64,000 bases of DNA from Patescibacteria group bacterium (GCA_049325535.1 JBMOKY010000001.1:93002-157001); one strand, 5' to 3'; shown: positions 28,631-39,266, counted from the stretch's first letter. The notes: generated from the letters alone by a model not told the origin. Numbers and translations: made by a program.

Positions 28631-29437
28631 CTATATAGTTATGAATTTTTGGATGCGTTCTATGGTGATCGCGGCGTGCGTCGTCGGATCGATGCGGATG
28701 ACTGCCGCATTGACCACGCAGTCGCCGTGATCGGCAATGTCGTGGGCGCGGGATTCCTTCCCGCGGAAATTATTCAGGATGACATCGGTATTGACCCCGA
28801 TGACTGAATTGAGGAGGCCGGCCATGCCCACATCGGTGATATAGGCAGTGCCGCCGGGGAGGATTCGCTCGTCTGCGGTGGGAATGTGCGTGTGGGTACC
28901 AAGGACGGCCGCTACCCGTCCGTCCGCGTGCCAGCCGAAAGCTACTTTTTCCGAGGTGGCTTCCGCGTGGAAGTCCACGATGATACCGGTGTATTCGCGG
29001 GACTGCTGACGGAGTATGTCATCCAGCGCGTCAAATGGATTACTGAGTTCTTCTGGAATGAATACCTGGCCGTGTAAGTTTACCACAAGCAGGGAGTGCT
29101 GGCCAAGGGTGATTTCCCGGAATCCGGCTCCCGGGACATCCGCACCGTAATTGGCCGGTCGGATGAGGGGGTAGTCGGGGTCTTTGAAGATTTCGTACAC
29201 TTCGGGTTTGGACCAGATGTGGTTTCCGGAGGTGAAGAAATCGATGCCGGCACCGCGCATTTCATCCAGCGTCTTCCGGGTGACCCCCACGCCGTGCGCC
29301 AGATTTTCCCCATTGGCGATCACCAGGTCAGGCTGGTATTCTTTTTTCAAATCCGGGAGTACTCCGGCTACCGCACGGCGGCCGGGCTTCCCGACGATGT
29401 CACCGAAGAATAGGATTGATAGGGTTGGGGAGGGCAT
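28631..29437 (-). CDS. ymdB: YmdB (TIGR00282) metallophosphoesterase
   Basis: GDIVGKPGR, NGENLAHG, TSGNH, DFHAEATSEK, GTHTH; downstream of rny. Confidence 0.95.
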   Translation of the reverse strand: MPSPTLSILFFGDIVGKPGRRAVAGVLPDLKKEYQPDLVIANGENLAHGVGVTRKTLDEMRGAGIDFFTSGNHIWSKPEVYEIFKDPDYPLIRPANYGADVPGAGFREITLGQHSLLVVNLHGQVFIPEELSNPFDALDDILRQQSREYTGIIVDFHAEATSEKVAFGWHADGRVAAVLGTHTHIPTADERILPGGTAYITDVGMAGLLNSVIGVNTDVILNNFRGKESRAHDIADHGDCVVNAAVIRIDPTTHAAITIERIQKFITI

Positions 29438-29554
29438 GGAGGTTAGATGGGATAGAGGGCTTGGGAGGGCATAGATGGTGATAGGAGGGGTAAGAGGGTT
29501 AGATAACCTTTTGCCCTATTCCCCTCTCGAGCCGTCTATTGCCGTATGTGCCTT

Positions 29555-31084
29555 TTATCTGGCATATTCCACTACGCGTTTCTCACGGATTAATGTCACT
29601 TTGATTTCTCCGGGGTATTTCAGCTCCTCTTCGATTTTTTTAGCGATGTCACGCGCCAGGGTGACGGCGGCAAAATCATCGATCTTGTCCGGGACGACGA
29701 AGACACGCACTTCACGGCCAGCCTGGATGGCGTAGGTCTTTTCCACGCCTTCAAATCCTTTGGCGATGCCTTCCAGTTCGTCCAGCCGCTGGATATACTG
29801 CTCGTAGGTGTCTTTGCGGGCACCCGGGCGGGCGCCGGAGATGGCGTCGGCTACCTGGACGATGACCGCTTCCAGTGTCGGCGGCACGTCTTCGTGGTGA
29901 CCCTCAATGCACTCAATCACTTCTTTGGACAGTCCGAATTTTCTGCCGATGTCGCCGCCGATTTGCATGTGCGTTCCCTGGATTTCGTGATCCACGGCTT
30001 TACCGATATCGTGCATAAACGCACCCTTCTTCGCTATGTTCACATCAGCGCCGAGCTCTTCGGCTAGGAGGGTGGCGAGATTGGCAACTTCAATGGAGTG
30101 CCTGAGGATATTCTGACCGTAACTGGTGCGGTATTTCAAGCGGCCGATGATTTGCAGCAGTTTCGGCGGTAGGCCGGCGATACCCACTTCATAGGCCGCC
30201 TCTTCTCCCGCTTTTTTGATATCGAGGGCCAGGTCTTTTTTGGCTTTATCGATCGCCTCCTCGATGCGTCCGGGGTGGATGCGTCCGTCCTGGATGAGGA
30301 TTTCTAGTGCGCGTTTGGCCAGGTGACGGCGGATGGGCGAGAAGCCGGAGATGACAATTGATTCGGGCGTCTCATCCACGATGATTTCCACGCCCGTCTG
30401 CTGCTCGAGCGCCTTGATATTGCGGCCTTCCTTGCCGATGATGCGGCCTTTCATTTCGTCATTCGGCAGGTGCACCACGGTGGTGGTGGTTTCCGCGGCA
30501 TGTGAGCTGGCGGTGCGCTGGATGACGCTGCTCAGGAGATTTTTCGCCTCGCGCTCCAGGCTTTCCTGCGATTCCTGCTGGAGTTTGGTGATGCGATGCG
30601 CCAGTTCGTCCTTGATTTCGATTTCCGTGTTTTCCATCAGGACGCGCTTGGCGTCGTCTTTGGTTAGGCTGGCGATTTTTTCCAGCTTGGCGATTTGTTG
30701 TTCGCGGATTTTGCCGATTTCTTCCTTGGCGCGGTCCAGATGCTCGCTTTTTTCCTGTAATTTCTGCTGCTTGTCTTCGAGGTCGATTAATTTCTTGTCA
30801 AACAGGGTTTCGCGGGATTCCAGGCGTTCCTGCATGTGCCGCAATTCACGCCGGCTTTGTTCCGCTTCTTTTTTTGCCTCCTCGGTTATTTCCAGGGCTT
30901 TGTCTTTTGCCTGGATGAGGAGTTCACGCTGCTTATTTTTCGTTTCGATAATCTGCTGATTGAGCTTGGCCTCAGCAGTATCGATTTGCTTGGCGGCCCA
31001 GACTTTCCGTCCCCACCAACCGACGATCATACCCCCCGGAATGCCGATGGCGGTCAGGAGGACCCAGATAAAGTTTTCTGCCAT
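29555..31084 (-). CDS. rny: Ribonuclease Y
   Basis: TM + coiled coil; KH KGRIIGKEGRNI; HD HDIGKAVDHE; ADAISGARPGAR. Confidence 0.97.
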   Translation of the reverse strand: MAENFIWVLLTAIGIPGGMIVGWWGRKVWAAKQIDTAEAKLNQQIIETKNKQRELLIQAKDKALEITEEAKKEAEQSRRELRHMQERLESRETLFDKKLIDLEDKQQKLQEKSEHLDRAKEEIGKIREQQIAKLEKIASLTKDDAKRVLMENTEIEIKDELAHRITKLQQESQESLEREAKNLLSSVIQRTASSHAAETTTTVVHLPNDEMKGRIIGKEGRNIKALEQQTGVEIIVDETPESIVISGFSPIRRHLAKRALEILIQDGRIHPGRIEEAIDKAKKDLALDIKKAGEEAAYEVGIAGLPPKLLQIIGRLKYRTSYGQNILRHSIEVANLATLLAEELGADVNIAKKGAFMHDIGKAVDHEIQGTHMQIGGDIGRKFGLSKEVIECIEGHHEDVPPTLEAVIVQVADAISGARPGARKDTYEQYIQRLDELEGIAKGFEGVEKTYAIQAGREVRVFVVPDKIDDFAAVTLARDIAKKIEEELKYPGEIKVTLIREKRVVEYAR

Positions 31085-31263
31085 ATATTTTAATAATGTC
31101 CAATTAATTAAGTAACAATATCCAATCAATATTCAATGCACCAATGTTCAATGATTCAATACTGATTGGAAATTGTAATTGGTGATGTGCGAAGGTACAT
31201 AAATTGCGAGACGTCCACTCTTTCGTGAACTCTCGGCTCTTTATTTCGTACGCGTGACCTCGG

Positions 31264-31845
31264 TTATTTATTCTGCACTATCTTGTCGATAATGCCGTAT
31301 TTTTTTGCCTGGTCAGCGGTCATGAAATAATCGCGGTCGGTATCTTGCTTGATCGTGTCGATTGATTTGCCGGTGTGGCGCGCTAAAATCTGGTCGAGGC
31401 GATCCCGAATTTTCAGGATATGCTCCGCCCGGATTTTGACATCCGAGGCCTGCCCTTCTGCGCCGCCCATGACTTGGTGCAGCATGATTTCAGAATTTGG
31501 CAGGGCAAATCGTTTGCCGGCAGCGCCCGCCGCCAGCAGTACCGCCCCCATTGACGCGGCCATGCCGACGCAAATGGTAGCGACGTCCGGTTTGACGTAC
31601 TGCATGGTATCATAAATCGCCATGCCGGCCGTCACCGAACCGCCCGGGGTGTTGATGTAGATCTTGATGTCCTTCGTCTTGTCCTCTGATTCCAGGAACA
31701 AGAGTTGGGCAATCACCGTATTTGCCACTACATCAGTGACCGGGTTACCAAGGAAGATAATCCGCTCTTTCAAGAGTCGAGAGTATATGTCGTACGCCCG
31801 TTCACCGAACGACGACTTTTCTATTACTGTGGGAATAAGTTGCAT
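31264..31845 (-). CDS. clpP: ATP-dependent Clp protease proteolytic subunit
   Basis: [27 protein letters not shown]. Confidence 0.98.
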   Translation of the reverse strand: MQLIPTVIEKSSFGERAYDIYSRLLKERIIFLGNPVTDVVANTVIAQLLFLESEDKTKDIKIYINTPGGSVTAGMAIYDTMQYVKPDVATICVGMAASMGAVLLAAGAAGKRFALPNSEIMLHQVMGGAEGQASDVKIRAEHILKIRDRLDQILARHTGKSIDTIKQDTDRDYFMTADQAKKYGIIDKIVQNK

Positions 31846-31981
31846 ACCTCTATCGCTTGTTAAGCGTAGTCTATAGTATAGGGATGCCCGGGCCCCTTTG
31901 TCAATCCTGCCATCAAAACGGGCTTTTTAGCCACCAAAAAATCACCCATGCCATGGTGTTTGGCTAATGTCATGCTATTTT

Positions 31982-32992
31982 CTACGGTAATTTATCCGAT
32001 TCAGGATGGTCGCTCCCATTGGTCGCGACCACTTCCCAGCCGTTCGCTTTTTCTACGAGCGTCCCCTGAACCGTGAATCCGGCAGCCTTCGGATGGCCAC
32101 CTCCGCCGAAAAATTTTGCGATCTTCGATACGTCCACGCCATCCTGGGTGGTGCGCAGGCTTGCCTTGATGAGCCCGGGTCCTTTTTCATAGAGCACCAT
32201 GATGGCCTTGGCTTTTTCTACGCTATTCAGGAAATTGGCGATACCCTCGGAACTTTCCTCGATCCCGAGCTCATCGAAATCTTTTTTGGTCAGCACAGTA
32301 GTGACGATGCCCGTTTGTTCGTTTTTTTTCAAACGAGACAACGCGCGTCCCCAGAGCTGCAGCTGTTGCAGGGATTTATTTTGCAGGGTGTGTTTGATGA
32401 TTTCCTTCGCCCGGGCGCCGTAGGCCAGCAGTTTTGATGACACTTCCATGGACGACGGCGTGGTGCCGAGATTAGAAAAGCTGCCGGTGTCAGTAAGGAT
32501 ACCGGTCAGGAGCGCGGTGGCTACGTCTTTCGGGATCGGGAGGCGGAAGTGGTCGAGAAAATGGAAAATGATTTCCGCAGTTGACGAGGCGCTCGGTTGA
32601 ACCAGATTGATGGCGCCGTACCGCGTATTCGTGTGGTGGTGGTCGATATTGATAATGATGGGCGCGCCTGGCAGCCGAGGGAGTAGTTCATGTATTCCGG
32701 CGTATTCCAAATCGCCCGAGTCAAGCACGATCACTGCGTCGTGCGATTGACTGAGCAGCGGGATAGCGTCCTGCTCGATGGTGATCTCGTGCAGCAGAAA
32801 TGACAGAGAGGCGGGTACCGGCGTGGTACAAAACAACCGATGGTCGGTTTCCGTATGGCGCAGGTAGTGGGCCATGCCGAGCATGGATCCGATGGCGTCA
32901 CCGTCAGGATTTTGGTGCCCGACCACCACGACCCGCCGCGCTTTGTCGAGCGCGTCTTTGATTTTTTGGAATGTAGGGATGAGTTCCGTCAT
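31982..32992 (-). CDS. nrnA: DHH/DHHA1 phosphoesterase (NrnA-like)
   Basis: HQNPDGDAIGS, NIDHH, TDTGSF, GGGGHPKAAG. Confidence 0.92.
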   Translation of the reverse strand: MTELIPTFQKIKDALDKARRVVVVGHQNPDGDAIGSMLGMAHYLRHTETDHRLFCTTPVPASLSFLLHEITIEQDAIPLLSQSHDAVIVLDSGDLEYAGIHELLPRLPGAPIIINIDHHHTNTRYGAINLVQPSASSTAEIIFHFLDHFRLPIPKDVATALLTGILTDTGSFSNLGTTPSSMEVSSKLLAYGARAKEIIKHTLQNKSLQQLQLWGRALSRLKKNEQTGIVTTVLTKKDFDELGIEESSEGIANFLNSVEKAKAIMVLYEKGPGLIKASLRTTQDGVDVSKIAKFFGGGGHPKAAGFTVQGTLVEKANGWEVVATNGSDHPESDKLP

Positions 32993-33049
32993 ACGTGGGT
33001 GTGCAGCGGGATGGGGATGTGTATCCCCCCCTCATGCTAACCACCTACC

Positions 33050-33394
33050 CTACTCTTCGCGGTGAATTTTGTCAATAAGCGCGTCTATCTCTTCCACCGC
33101 CTCGGAACTATGATCGATATGAAATCTCAGCAGGGGCATTTTTCGGATGATGAGAGTGCGGGCGAGATGCGTGCGGAGGCTGCCGGCATGTGCCGCTAGG
33201 TGTGCCTGGGTGGCCGCCTGGGCAGCAGTCGGCAGCACGCTGACCGTGATATCGGCATAGCTCAAGTCTGGGCTGACCGTCACTCGCGTGATGGTCGCCA
33301 GCACCCCCGGCGGTATGTTTAATTCAGTCACAAACGCCTGTCCCAGCGCGTGACGGATTAATTCATTGAGTTTTTGGACGCGTTTGACTGACAC
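33050..33394 (-). CDS. rbfA: Ribosome-binding factor A
   Basis: RVQKLNELIR, TITRVTVSPDL, RKMPLLRFHID; follows infB. Confidence 0.92.
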   Translation of the reverse strand: MSVKRVQKLNELIRHALGQAFVTELNIPPGVLATITRVTVSPDLSYADITVSVLPTAAQAATQAHLAAHAGSLRTHLARTLIIRKMPLLRFHIDHSSEAVEEIDALIDKIHREE

Positions 33395-33397
33395 GAC

Positions 33398-35377
33398 TTA
33401 TTGGCTCAATTCCTCAGTGTAACATTCGAGAAAATCACCTTCACGGATATCGGCAGTGCCTTTCAGTGAAATGCCGCATTCGGTACCGGCGGGCATGTGG
33501 GTCACGGATTCTTTACCCTGACGGATGCCCGTGATCTGCGCCCGCCCGATTGGTTTTTCATCACGCATTACGGTGACGAGGGCATTGACGATCGCTTTTC
33601 CTTTGGTGATCTGCGCGCCGACAATCATCGTTTTTCGTTCGGTACGGAAAATGGCGACGACCTTCGCCCGCCCCTGTTCCACTTTGATTTTGTCATAGGT
33701 GACCAGGGCGTTTACCCGTTCCTGTACGTCATCGATCAGATTGTAGATAATCGTATCCACGCGAATCGGCACCCCGTGTTCCTGCGCCAGATTTTCGACC
33801 TGGGGGTTTGACTTGACATTAAACCCATAGATACGCGCGCCGACACTCTCTGCTTCCAGCACATCCGCGTCAGTAATATTGCCCAGTCCTTTTTTGACGA
33901 TGGTGACGCTGACATCCTTGGCCGTAATTGTTTCCAGTGACTGGAGCAGCGCTTCCTGAGAACCGAGCGTATCAGTCCGGAGGATGATGTGCACTTCTTT
34001 GGCCGGTGATTCAGTTTCATCATTATTTTTTTGGGTTTGTTTCCAGGTCTGCGTATCACGGTAGCTGCGCGCTTTGTGGTGGAGTTGTTTTTCGATTTTT
34101 TTCAGGGAAACATCCTCGGTGGTCACCTGGAGGACGTCGCCGACCTCCGGTGCGTTTTTCAGTCCCAGCAATTTTACCGGGGTCGATGGCGGGGCACTGT
34201 CGATGTCTTTTCCCCGGTGATCCTTCATGGCGCGAATTTTACCGACCACCGTGCCTACTTGGACATGGTCTCCGCGGTGTAGCGTGCCCGTCTGAACGAT
34301 GACCGTAGCCACTGGGCCTTCGCCTTTATGCACATGTGATTCGATGACCGTCCCGGCAGCTGAGCGATCAGGATTAGCAACGATGGCCTCTTTTTCCATA
34401 TCCGCAAGCAAAATCACATGTTCCAGCAGTGCATCGATTCCCTCGCCGGTTTTTGCTGATACCGGGAGCGTCATGACCGAGCCGCCCCATTCTTCGGACA
34501 GGATATTTTTTTGGGCGAGTTGGCTTTGCAAGCGTTTGACGTCCGCTTCTGCTTTATCGACTTTATTCATGGCGACCAGGTAGGGCAGCTTGGCACTTTT
34601 GATAATCTGAATGGCTTCTTCGGTCTGTGGTTTGATGCCGTCATCGGCCGCGATAACCAGGATGGCGATATCGGCTACCCGGGCGCCCCGTGAGCGCATA
34701 GCGGTGAATGCCTGATGGCCTGGGGTATCGATAAATGTGATCAGGCGATTATTTTTGGTGACTTGATACGCGCCGATGTGCTGGGTGATGCCGCCGGATT
34801 CGGAGGCAACCACGTTTGTCGTACGGATTGCATCGAGCAGCTTGGTTTTCCCGTGGTCGACATGGCCCATCACCACCACGATCGGCGGGCGGGGCAGCAG
34901 GTGGTCGCTGTCCGCCAGGATTGTTTCTCGCTCGGTATCGGCCGCCTCGCTGGCGGCAGTTTCGGTCTGGGCTACGGTGGTGACGCCGAAATCCTGAGCG
35001 ATAATCGATGCGGTTTCAAAATCTATCTGCTCATTCAGGTTTGCCAGGATACCGTTTTTCATCAGTTCCTGGATGACCGCGGCCACAGGTTTTTCGATCA
35101 GCGCAGCAAAATCCCGTACCGTAATGACCGGCGGTACCGTGATTTCGGTTTTGGTGGGAGCGGTCGGCTCGAGCACATCGACCGAGTCAGTGAGTTTGTT
35201 GCGACGGTAGGTGTCGATGATTGATCGGTCGTGATCCAGCATCTCGATGATGCGGTGGGCGACGGCATTGTCTACCTTAATGGCTTTGCGGCCAATATCA
35301 TAGCCCAAGAGCGGGAATAAATCCCGCATTTCATTGGGAGAGACTTTAATTCTTCGGGCTAGTTCGGTGACATTCAT
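33398..35377 (-). CDS. infB: Translation initiation factor IF-2
   Basis: GHVDHGKT, GGITQHIGAY, DTPGH, NKVD. Confidence 0.98.
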   Translation of the reverse strand: MNVTELARRIKVSPNEMRDLFPLLGYDIGRKAIKVDNAVAHRIIEMLDHDRSIIDTYRRNKLTDSVDVLEPTAPTKTEITVPPVITVRDFAALIEKPVAAVIQELMKNGILANLNEQIDFETASIIAQDFGVTTVAQTETAASEAADTERETILADSDHLLPRPPIVVVMGHVDHGKTKLLDAIRTTNVVASESGGITQHIGAYQVTKNNRLITFIDTPGHQAFTAMRSRGARVADIAILVIAADDGIKPQTEEAIQIIKSAKLPYLVAMNKVDKAEADVKRLQSQLAQKNILSEEWGGSVMTLPVSAKTGEGIDALLEHVILLADMEKEAIVANPDRSAAGTVIESHVHKGEGPVATVIVQTGTLHRGDHVQVGTVVGKIRAMKDHRGKDIDSAPPSTPVKLLGLKNAPEVGDVLQVTTEDVSLKKIEKQLHHKARSYRDTQTWKQTQKNNDETESPAKEVHIILRTDTLGSQEALLQSLETITAKDVSVTIVKKGLGNITDADVLEAESVGARIYGFNVKSNPQVENLAQEHGVPIRVDTIIYNLIDDVQERVNALVTYDKIKVEQGRAKVVAIFRTERKTMIVGAQITKGKAIVNALVTVMRDEKPIGRAQITGIRQGKESVTHMPAGTECGISLKGTADIREGDFLECYTEELSQ

Positions 35378-35494
35378 ATTGGGTGTAGGGTACCGTTATT
35401 TCGATAGTTTGTCTAGGTCCGACTAAAATAAAACGAGTGCGGCAGGACCCGGCACATCGTAGGACGAATTTTGACAGAAACGCGTTCAGATCGG

Positions 35495-36244
35495 CTAAAA
35501 CATACGGTTTTTGCCTACGATGATTTTCAATTTTTGGGGGGCCACCTCCACGGTCACCGGGGTTTTGACCCTGAGTTGGCCATCGGCTATCACTGGTAGA
35601 CTGGTATGGTCGGTAGTGATCGTTACTTTCTTTACGGGAAAAACGCTGGATCGAGAGTAGGTTCTTTTGAGTCCAAACAATCCCTGTCGTTCCGGCTCTT
35701 CGCTGACCACCGCTTCGAGCGTGCCGTCGGTCGGACTTGATTTAGTGACGGAGCCATTGATGTTATAGATGCGGACATGACTCAGCGGCGACAGGGTGCT
35801 GATATTGTATGTGCCGAAGTTCAATTTGAGTTCCGGCGATTCAGGCAGCTGGATTGAAGATATGAAGTAGGCATTGTTCACTTTACCTAAATCGATTTTG
35901 GTGGTGATCCGCGCTGATATTGTGTCACAGGCAGCTACGCCGTGGGGAATGCCAAGCTTGTCGGCAATGCCATTCATGTCCCCCACGGGGATAATGCCAA
36001 ATGTCACCGCGTGCTTGGGCAGAAAGCTTATTATTTTACTGACCGTGTCATCGTTCCCCACTGCCACGATAGTTTTTGCGTCATTTTTGATCGCAGCCTT
36101 GACCATCTCCTCGAGGCTTTTGAGCATAGTCAGTTTTTCCATATGCCCACTGATGCCGAGCTGCATGAGCCGGTTTTCAATCTGATGCGTCAGCGTCTGG
36201 TATTTCTTTTCCGAAACGAAACTGTCGAAGATGTAGTAGTACAT
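35495..36244 (-). CDS. Diacylglycerol kinase family protein
   Basis: TIVAVGNDDT, GIIPVG..N.IA..LGIP, IDLGKVN, ADGQ. Confidence 0.8.
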   Translation of the reverse strand: MYYYIFDSFVSEKKYQTLTHQIENRLMQLGISGHMEKLTMLKSLEEMVKAAIKNDAKTIVAVGNDDTVSKIISFLPKHAVTFGIIPVGDMNGIADKLGIPHGVAACDTISARITTKIDLGKVNNAYFISSIQLPESPELKLNFGTYNISTLSPLSHVRIYNINGSVTKSSPTDGTLEAVVSEEPERQGLFGLKRTYSRSSVFPVKKVTITTDHTSLPVIADGQLRVKTPVTVEVAPQKLKIIVGKNRMF

Positions 36245-36250
36245 GAAACG

Positions 36251-36670
36251 TTATTTTTGGTTTGACTTACGTTCTTTATCGACTTTCTGCTCCTCTGTTT
36301 CGCCGGATGATTCGTGCCCTTCGGACATGGACACTTTCCCATTGATCACCGCCCCCTCTTCGATGGAAAGCTTATTGACCTGAATATTCCCGAAAATTTT
36401 AGCGGTGCTGGTCAGCTGAGCTCGTTCGGTCACTTGGATATTCCCACGAATCTCGCCAGAGAGAAAAAGGTTTTGTGCGCTGACCTCCGCCTTCACTTTT
36501 GCCGATTGACCTATCGTCAGATTGTGATTTGTTTTTAGGGTACCCTGGACTACACCCTCGACGGTGACATTACCCTCACCATGAAAATTACCGTCCACTT
36601 TCACTGAACGTCCAATGATTGTTTCGATCTCGTCGCCCTGGTTATGATCGTTGTTTGGAAAGAGTGCCAT
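36251..36670 (-). CDS. Bactofilin (polymer-forming cytoskeletal protein)
   Basis: ETIIGRSVKVDGNF...GEIRGNI...IEEGAVINGKVSM. Confidence 0.92.
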   Translation of the reverse strand: MALFPNNDHNQGDEIETIIGRSVKVDGNFHGEGNVTVEGVVQGTLKTNHNLTIGQSAKVKAEVSAQNLFLSGEIRGNIQVTERAQLTSTAKIFGNIQVNKLSIEEGAVINGKVSMSEGHESSGETEEQKVDKERKSNQK

Positions 36671-36795
36671 ATGGATTACAAAAATTAATAGTAATTATGT
36701 CAATAGTGTTTGTATTGTAGTATTACTCGCTCATTTCAGTCAAATAAAAATTGAATTATTTGTACACTTGATATACACTCTTAAGTACTCAATAT

Positions 36796-37050
36796 ATGGA
36801 TAAATCAACGAAAAAAATATTTCAGGGGATGGAGCATCTGCTACCAACAAACAATGCGATGAAGCAGTCCCAACCACCCAGTAATCTAACTGACCAGGGA
36901 TACGCATCTGTAGTTCGGCGAGAGCTACTTCTCGCATTTGCGGTTCTTGCTGGCTTGTTCATTATCCTAGTGGGGCTGACCATTATAGATAGTAATACGC
37001 CAATCCTCGACGATTTAGCTTCCAGTATCACCGGATATTTTGTAAATTGA
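36796..37050 (+). CDS. Small hypothetical membrane protein
   Basis: 84 aa with a single TM segment. Confidence 0.6.
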   Translation: MDKSTKKIFQGMEHLLPTNNAMKQSQPPSNLTDQGYASVVRRELLLAFAVLAGLFIILVGLTIIDSNTPILDDLASSITGYFVN

Positions 37051-37159
37051 CATAATACGACACTTGTTTTTAGCTAAATTAAGCTCAAATTGTATAAATA
37101 CTTCATTTTTTTGCTTATTTTAGCCAAATTATATATAGTGTTTATTTCTTAATAAGCAA

Positions 37160-37175
37160 TGTTCCACGTGGAACA
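37160..37175. promoter_or_regulatory. parS centromere-like site
   Basis: Perfect palindrome TGTTCCACGTGGAACA (canonical parS). Confidence 0.9.
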
Positions 37176-37306
37176 TTGGAAATTTAAATATTGATTGATT
37201 TCCTTAATGAAGAGTAATTATCTTCGGGTCTCTGCTAATCCTTTTAACTAAATTCTCATACTATCGGCCATCTGAATGGTGACAATGGATAAGTTGAATT
37301 ATCCAA

Positions 37307-37378
37307 GCCCTCATAGTTCAATGGATAGAACAACCCCGTCCTAAGGGGTAGATAGAGGTTCGATTCCTCTCGAGGGCA
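37307..37378 (+). tRNA. tRNA-Arg (CCU)
   Basis: ACCCC-GT-CCT-AA-GGGGT anticodon arm; AGAGG-TTCGATT-CCTCT T-arm; one acceptor mismatch (A7:C66). Confidence 0.9.
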
Positions 37379-37470
37379 CTGATACAATCATCCGATTGTT
37401 CGCAAAATAGTTATTTTTATACCCTAGACTCAATTAGCAGCAGATTTATTAATTGATTTTTCACTTTTGG

Positions 37471-37543
37471 GGGCCAATAGCTCAGTTGGTAGAGCGCCGC
37501 ATTCGCATTGCGGAGGTCAGGGGTTCGACTCCCCTTTGGTCCA
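37471..37543 (+). tRNA. tRNA-Ala (CGC)
   Basis: CCGCA-TT-CGC-AT-TGCGG; G3:U70 alanine identity pair. Confidence 0.93.
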
Positions 37544-37708
37544 TAAAGGTGAGGACTTGAGGCACGCTACTGATATAAATAGGAGAATTTACCTTTTTTG
37601 ATTTTTGTCTAACTATATTCCAAAAAATGTTGGAATGCTGATTTTTGATATTATTGGTTAGTGGTATAATTCTTTTATAAGCAAAGTCTTTTGAAAGGAG
37701 GTGAAACA

Positions 37709-38389
37709 ATGGACGGAGCAACAGCGGTTGTATTATCTTCCTTTACTGACTTTTGGGGCAAAATAGCCAATTCAATTCCTACGCTTCTAGTCGCCCTAGT
37801 GCTCATTTTTGCTGGATTTATTTTCGCCTGGATATTTGAAGAGCTTTCAAAAAAACTGCTCCGAGCTGTGAAATTGGAGGAAATAATGGCGAGAATCGGC
37901 TTACGCCAGATTTTGGAAAAAGCAGGATTGCGCATTACTTTTACCCGACTTCTTTCGGCGATTGTCTACTGGTTTGTATTGGTGGTTTTTTTGGCGGCGG
38001 TAGTAGATATAGCCGGATTACACCAACTTACTCAGTTCGTGAATAATCTGGTGTCATACCTGCCAAATGTCATTGCAGCGGTTGCCATACTGATAATCGG
38101 TGTATTATTCGCGAACGTTTTATACAACGTGGTGCGAAATGCAGGGCATTCGGCAAATATCACAGTGTCTAACTTTCTGGCGTCTCTAGCAAAATGGTCG
38201 GTATTCATATTTGCTTTAATTGCTGCACTTGTTCAGCTCAAAATCGCCCCAGATCTGCTCAAAATACTTTTTACTGGGATTGTGGCCATGTTGGCATTAG
38301 CTGGTGGATTAGCTTTTGGGCTTGGGGGAAGAGAACTGGCACGTGACATTTTGGAAAACATTAGACGGAGCGTTTCCCGAAACAACTAA
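37709..38389 (+). CDS. Conserved TM-helix repeat protein (CmpX / MscS N-terminal-like)
   Basis: IPTLLVALVLI.G and YLPNVIAAVAILIIG repeats; ALAGGLAFGLGGRE; AGGAGGTG SD. Confidence 0.85.
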   Translation: MDGATAVVLSSFTDFWGKIANSIPTLLVALVLIFAGFIFAWIFEELSKKLLRAVKLEEIMARIGLRQILEKAGLRITFTRLLSAIVYWFVLVVFLAAVVDIAGLHQLTQFVNNLVSYLPNVIAAVAILIIGVLFANVLYNVVRNAGHSANITVSNFLASLAKWSVFIFALIAALVQLKIAPDLLKILFTGIVAMLALAGGLAFGLGGRELARDILENIRRSVSRNN

Positions 38390-38435
38390 GCACAATGCTA
38401 TGGGCGGTACTGTTATTTAGTATCGCCTTTAGTAT

Positions 38436-38451
38436 TGTTCCACGTGGAACA
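38436..38451. promoter_or_regulatory. parS site
   Basis: TGTTCCACGTGGAACA. Confidence 0.9.
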
Positions 38452-38638
38452 TTTTTTTAAACAAACACTTATTGCGTAAATAGTTGGTTGTGGTATTGTA
38501 AAAAATACAAATTGATTTGCCGTCAGTTCAAGTCGCAAATTGCATCAGTGTTACTGCTCACCTTCAGGCTCCGAGAGTCACTACGGCCAGCAACAAATCA
38601 ATAGTTTGTTCAATGACAGCGATCGCCCGACACCCTGT

Positions 38639-38712
38639 GGGCCCGTAGTTCAGTTGGCTAGAATGCCTCCATGGCATGGAGGAGGTCACCGGTTCGAGTC
38701 CGGTCGGGTCCA
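38639..38712 (+). tRNA. tRNA-Ala (GGC)
   Basis: CCTCC-AT-GGC-AT-GGAGG; G3:U70. Confidence 0.93.
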
Positions 38713-38765
38713 AAAGGTGTAGGGGTGATATAACGTCTTTGGTGCAGATCAGTAATACTCATGTG

Positions 38766-39215
38766 ATGAATATCTATTTTGCAGCATCCATTCGAGCAGG
38801 ACGTGGGGATGTTTTCATATATAAAAAAATTTTACCGATGCTGCAAAAACATGGCACTGTTTTGACCGCCCATGTAGCTGACGAACATGTTTCGTCTGAG
38901 GGTGAAGCTGGATTATCGGATCAACAAATTTTTTCGCGGGATATGGCATGGCTTCGATCAGCGGATGTCCTCATCGCTGAAGTGAGTATCCCTTCGCTCG
39001 GTGTTGGTTATGAAATCGGTCAGGCTCGGAGCATGAATATACCGGTGCTTTGTCTGTATCGTGCGGCGAACAGAAAGAAATTATCTGGCATGATTTCAGG
39101 TGACCCAGAAATTCATACGATTTGTTATCGAGAAGCAGACAGTCTCCAGACGCGTATCGATAATTTCTTTCAGTCATTGCATTCATCATCAGCGGGGCTT
39201 GACAGCAATCCGTGA
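38766..39215 (+). CDS. Nucleoside 2-deoxyribosyltransferase / DNPH1-like N-hydrolase
   Basis: MNIYFAASIRAGR...IFSRDMAWL..ADVLIAEVS.PSLGVGYEIG...LSGMISG. Confidence 0.88.
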   Translation: MNIYFAASIRAGRGDVFIYKKILPMLQKHGTVLTAHVADEHVSSEGEAGLSDQQIFSRDMAWLRSADVLIAEVSIPSLGVGYEIGQARSMNIPVLCLYRAANRKKLSGMISGDPEIHTICYREADSLQTRIDNFFQSLHSSSAGLDSNP

Positions 39216-39251
39216 CCATGATAATCTGTATTTATACCCCTGGGGGGTATA
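39199..39251 (+). promoter_or_regulatory. Promoter plus CsoR-type operator
   Basis: TTGACA-N17-TAATCT followed by pseudo-palindrome TATACCCC-TGG-GGGGTATA directly before the CsoR-family gene. Confidence 0.8.
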
Positions 39252-39266
39252 TGACCGCCATGGCAT

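Noticed and set aside
31187-31260. c-di-GMP-I riboswitch (GAAAGAGUGGACG resembles part of one)
   Set aside because: Conserved GGCAAA and GCAAAG elements and the second stem are missing
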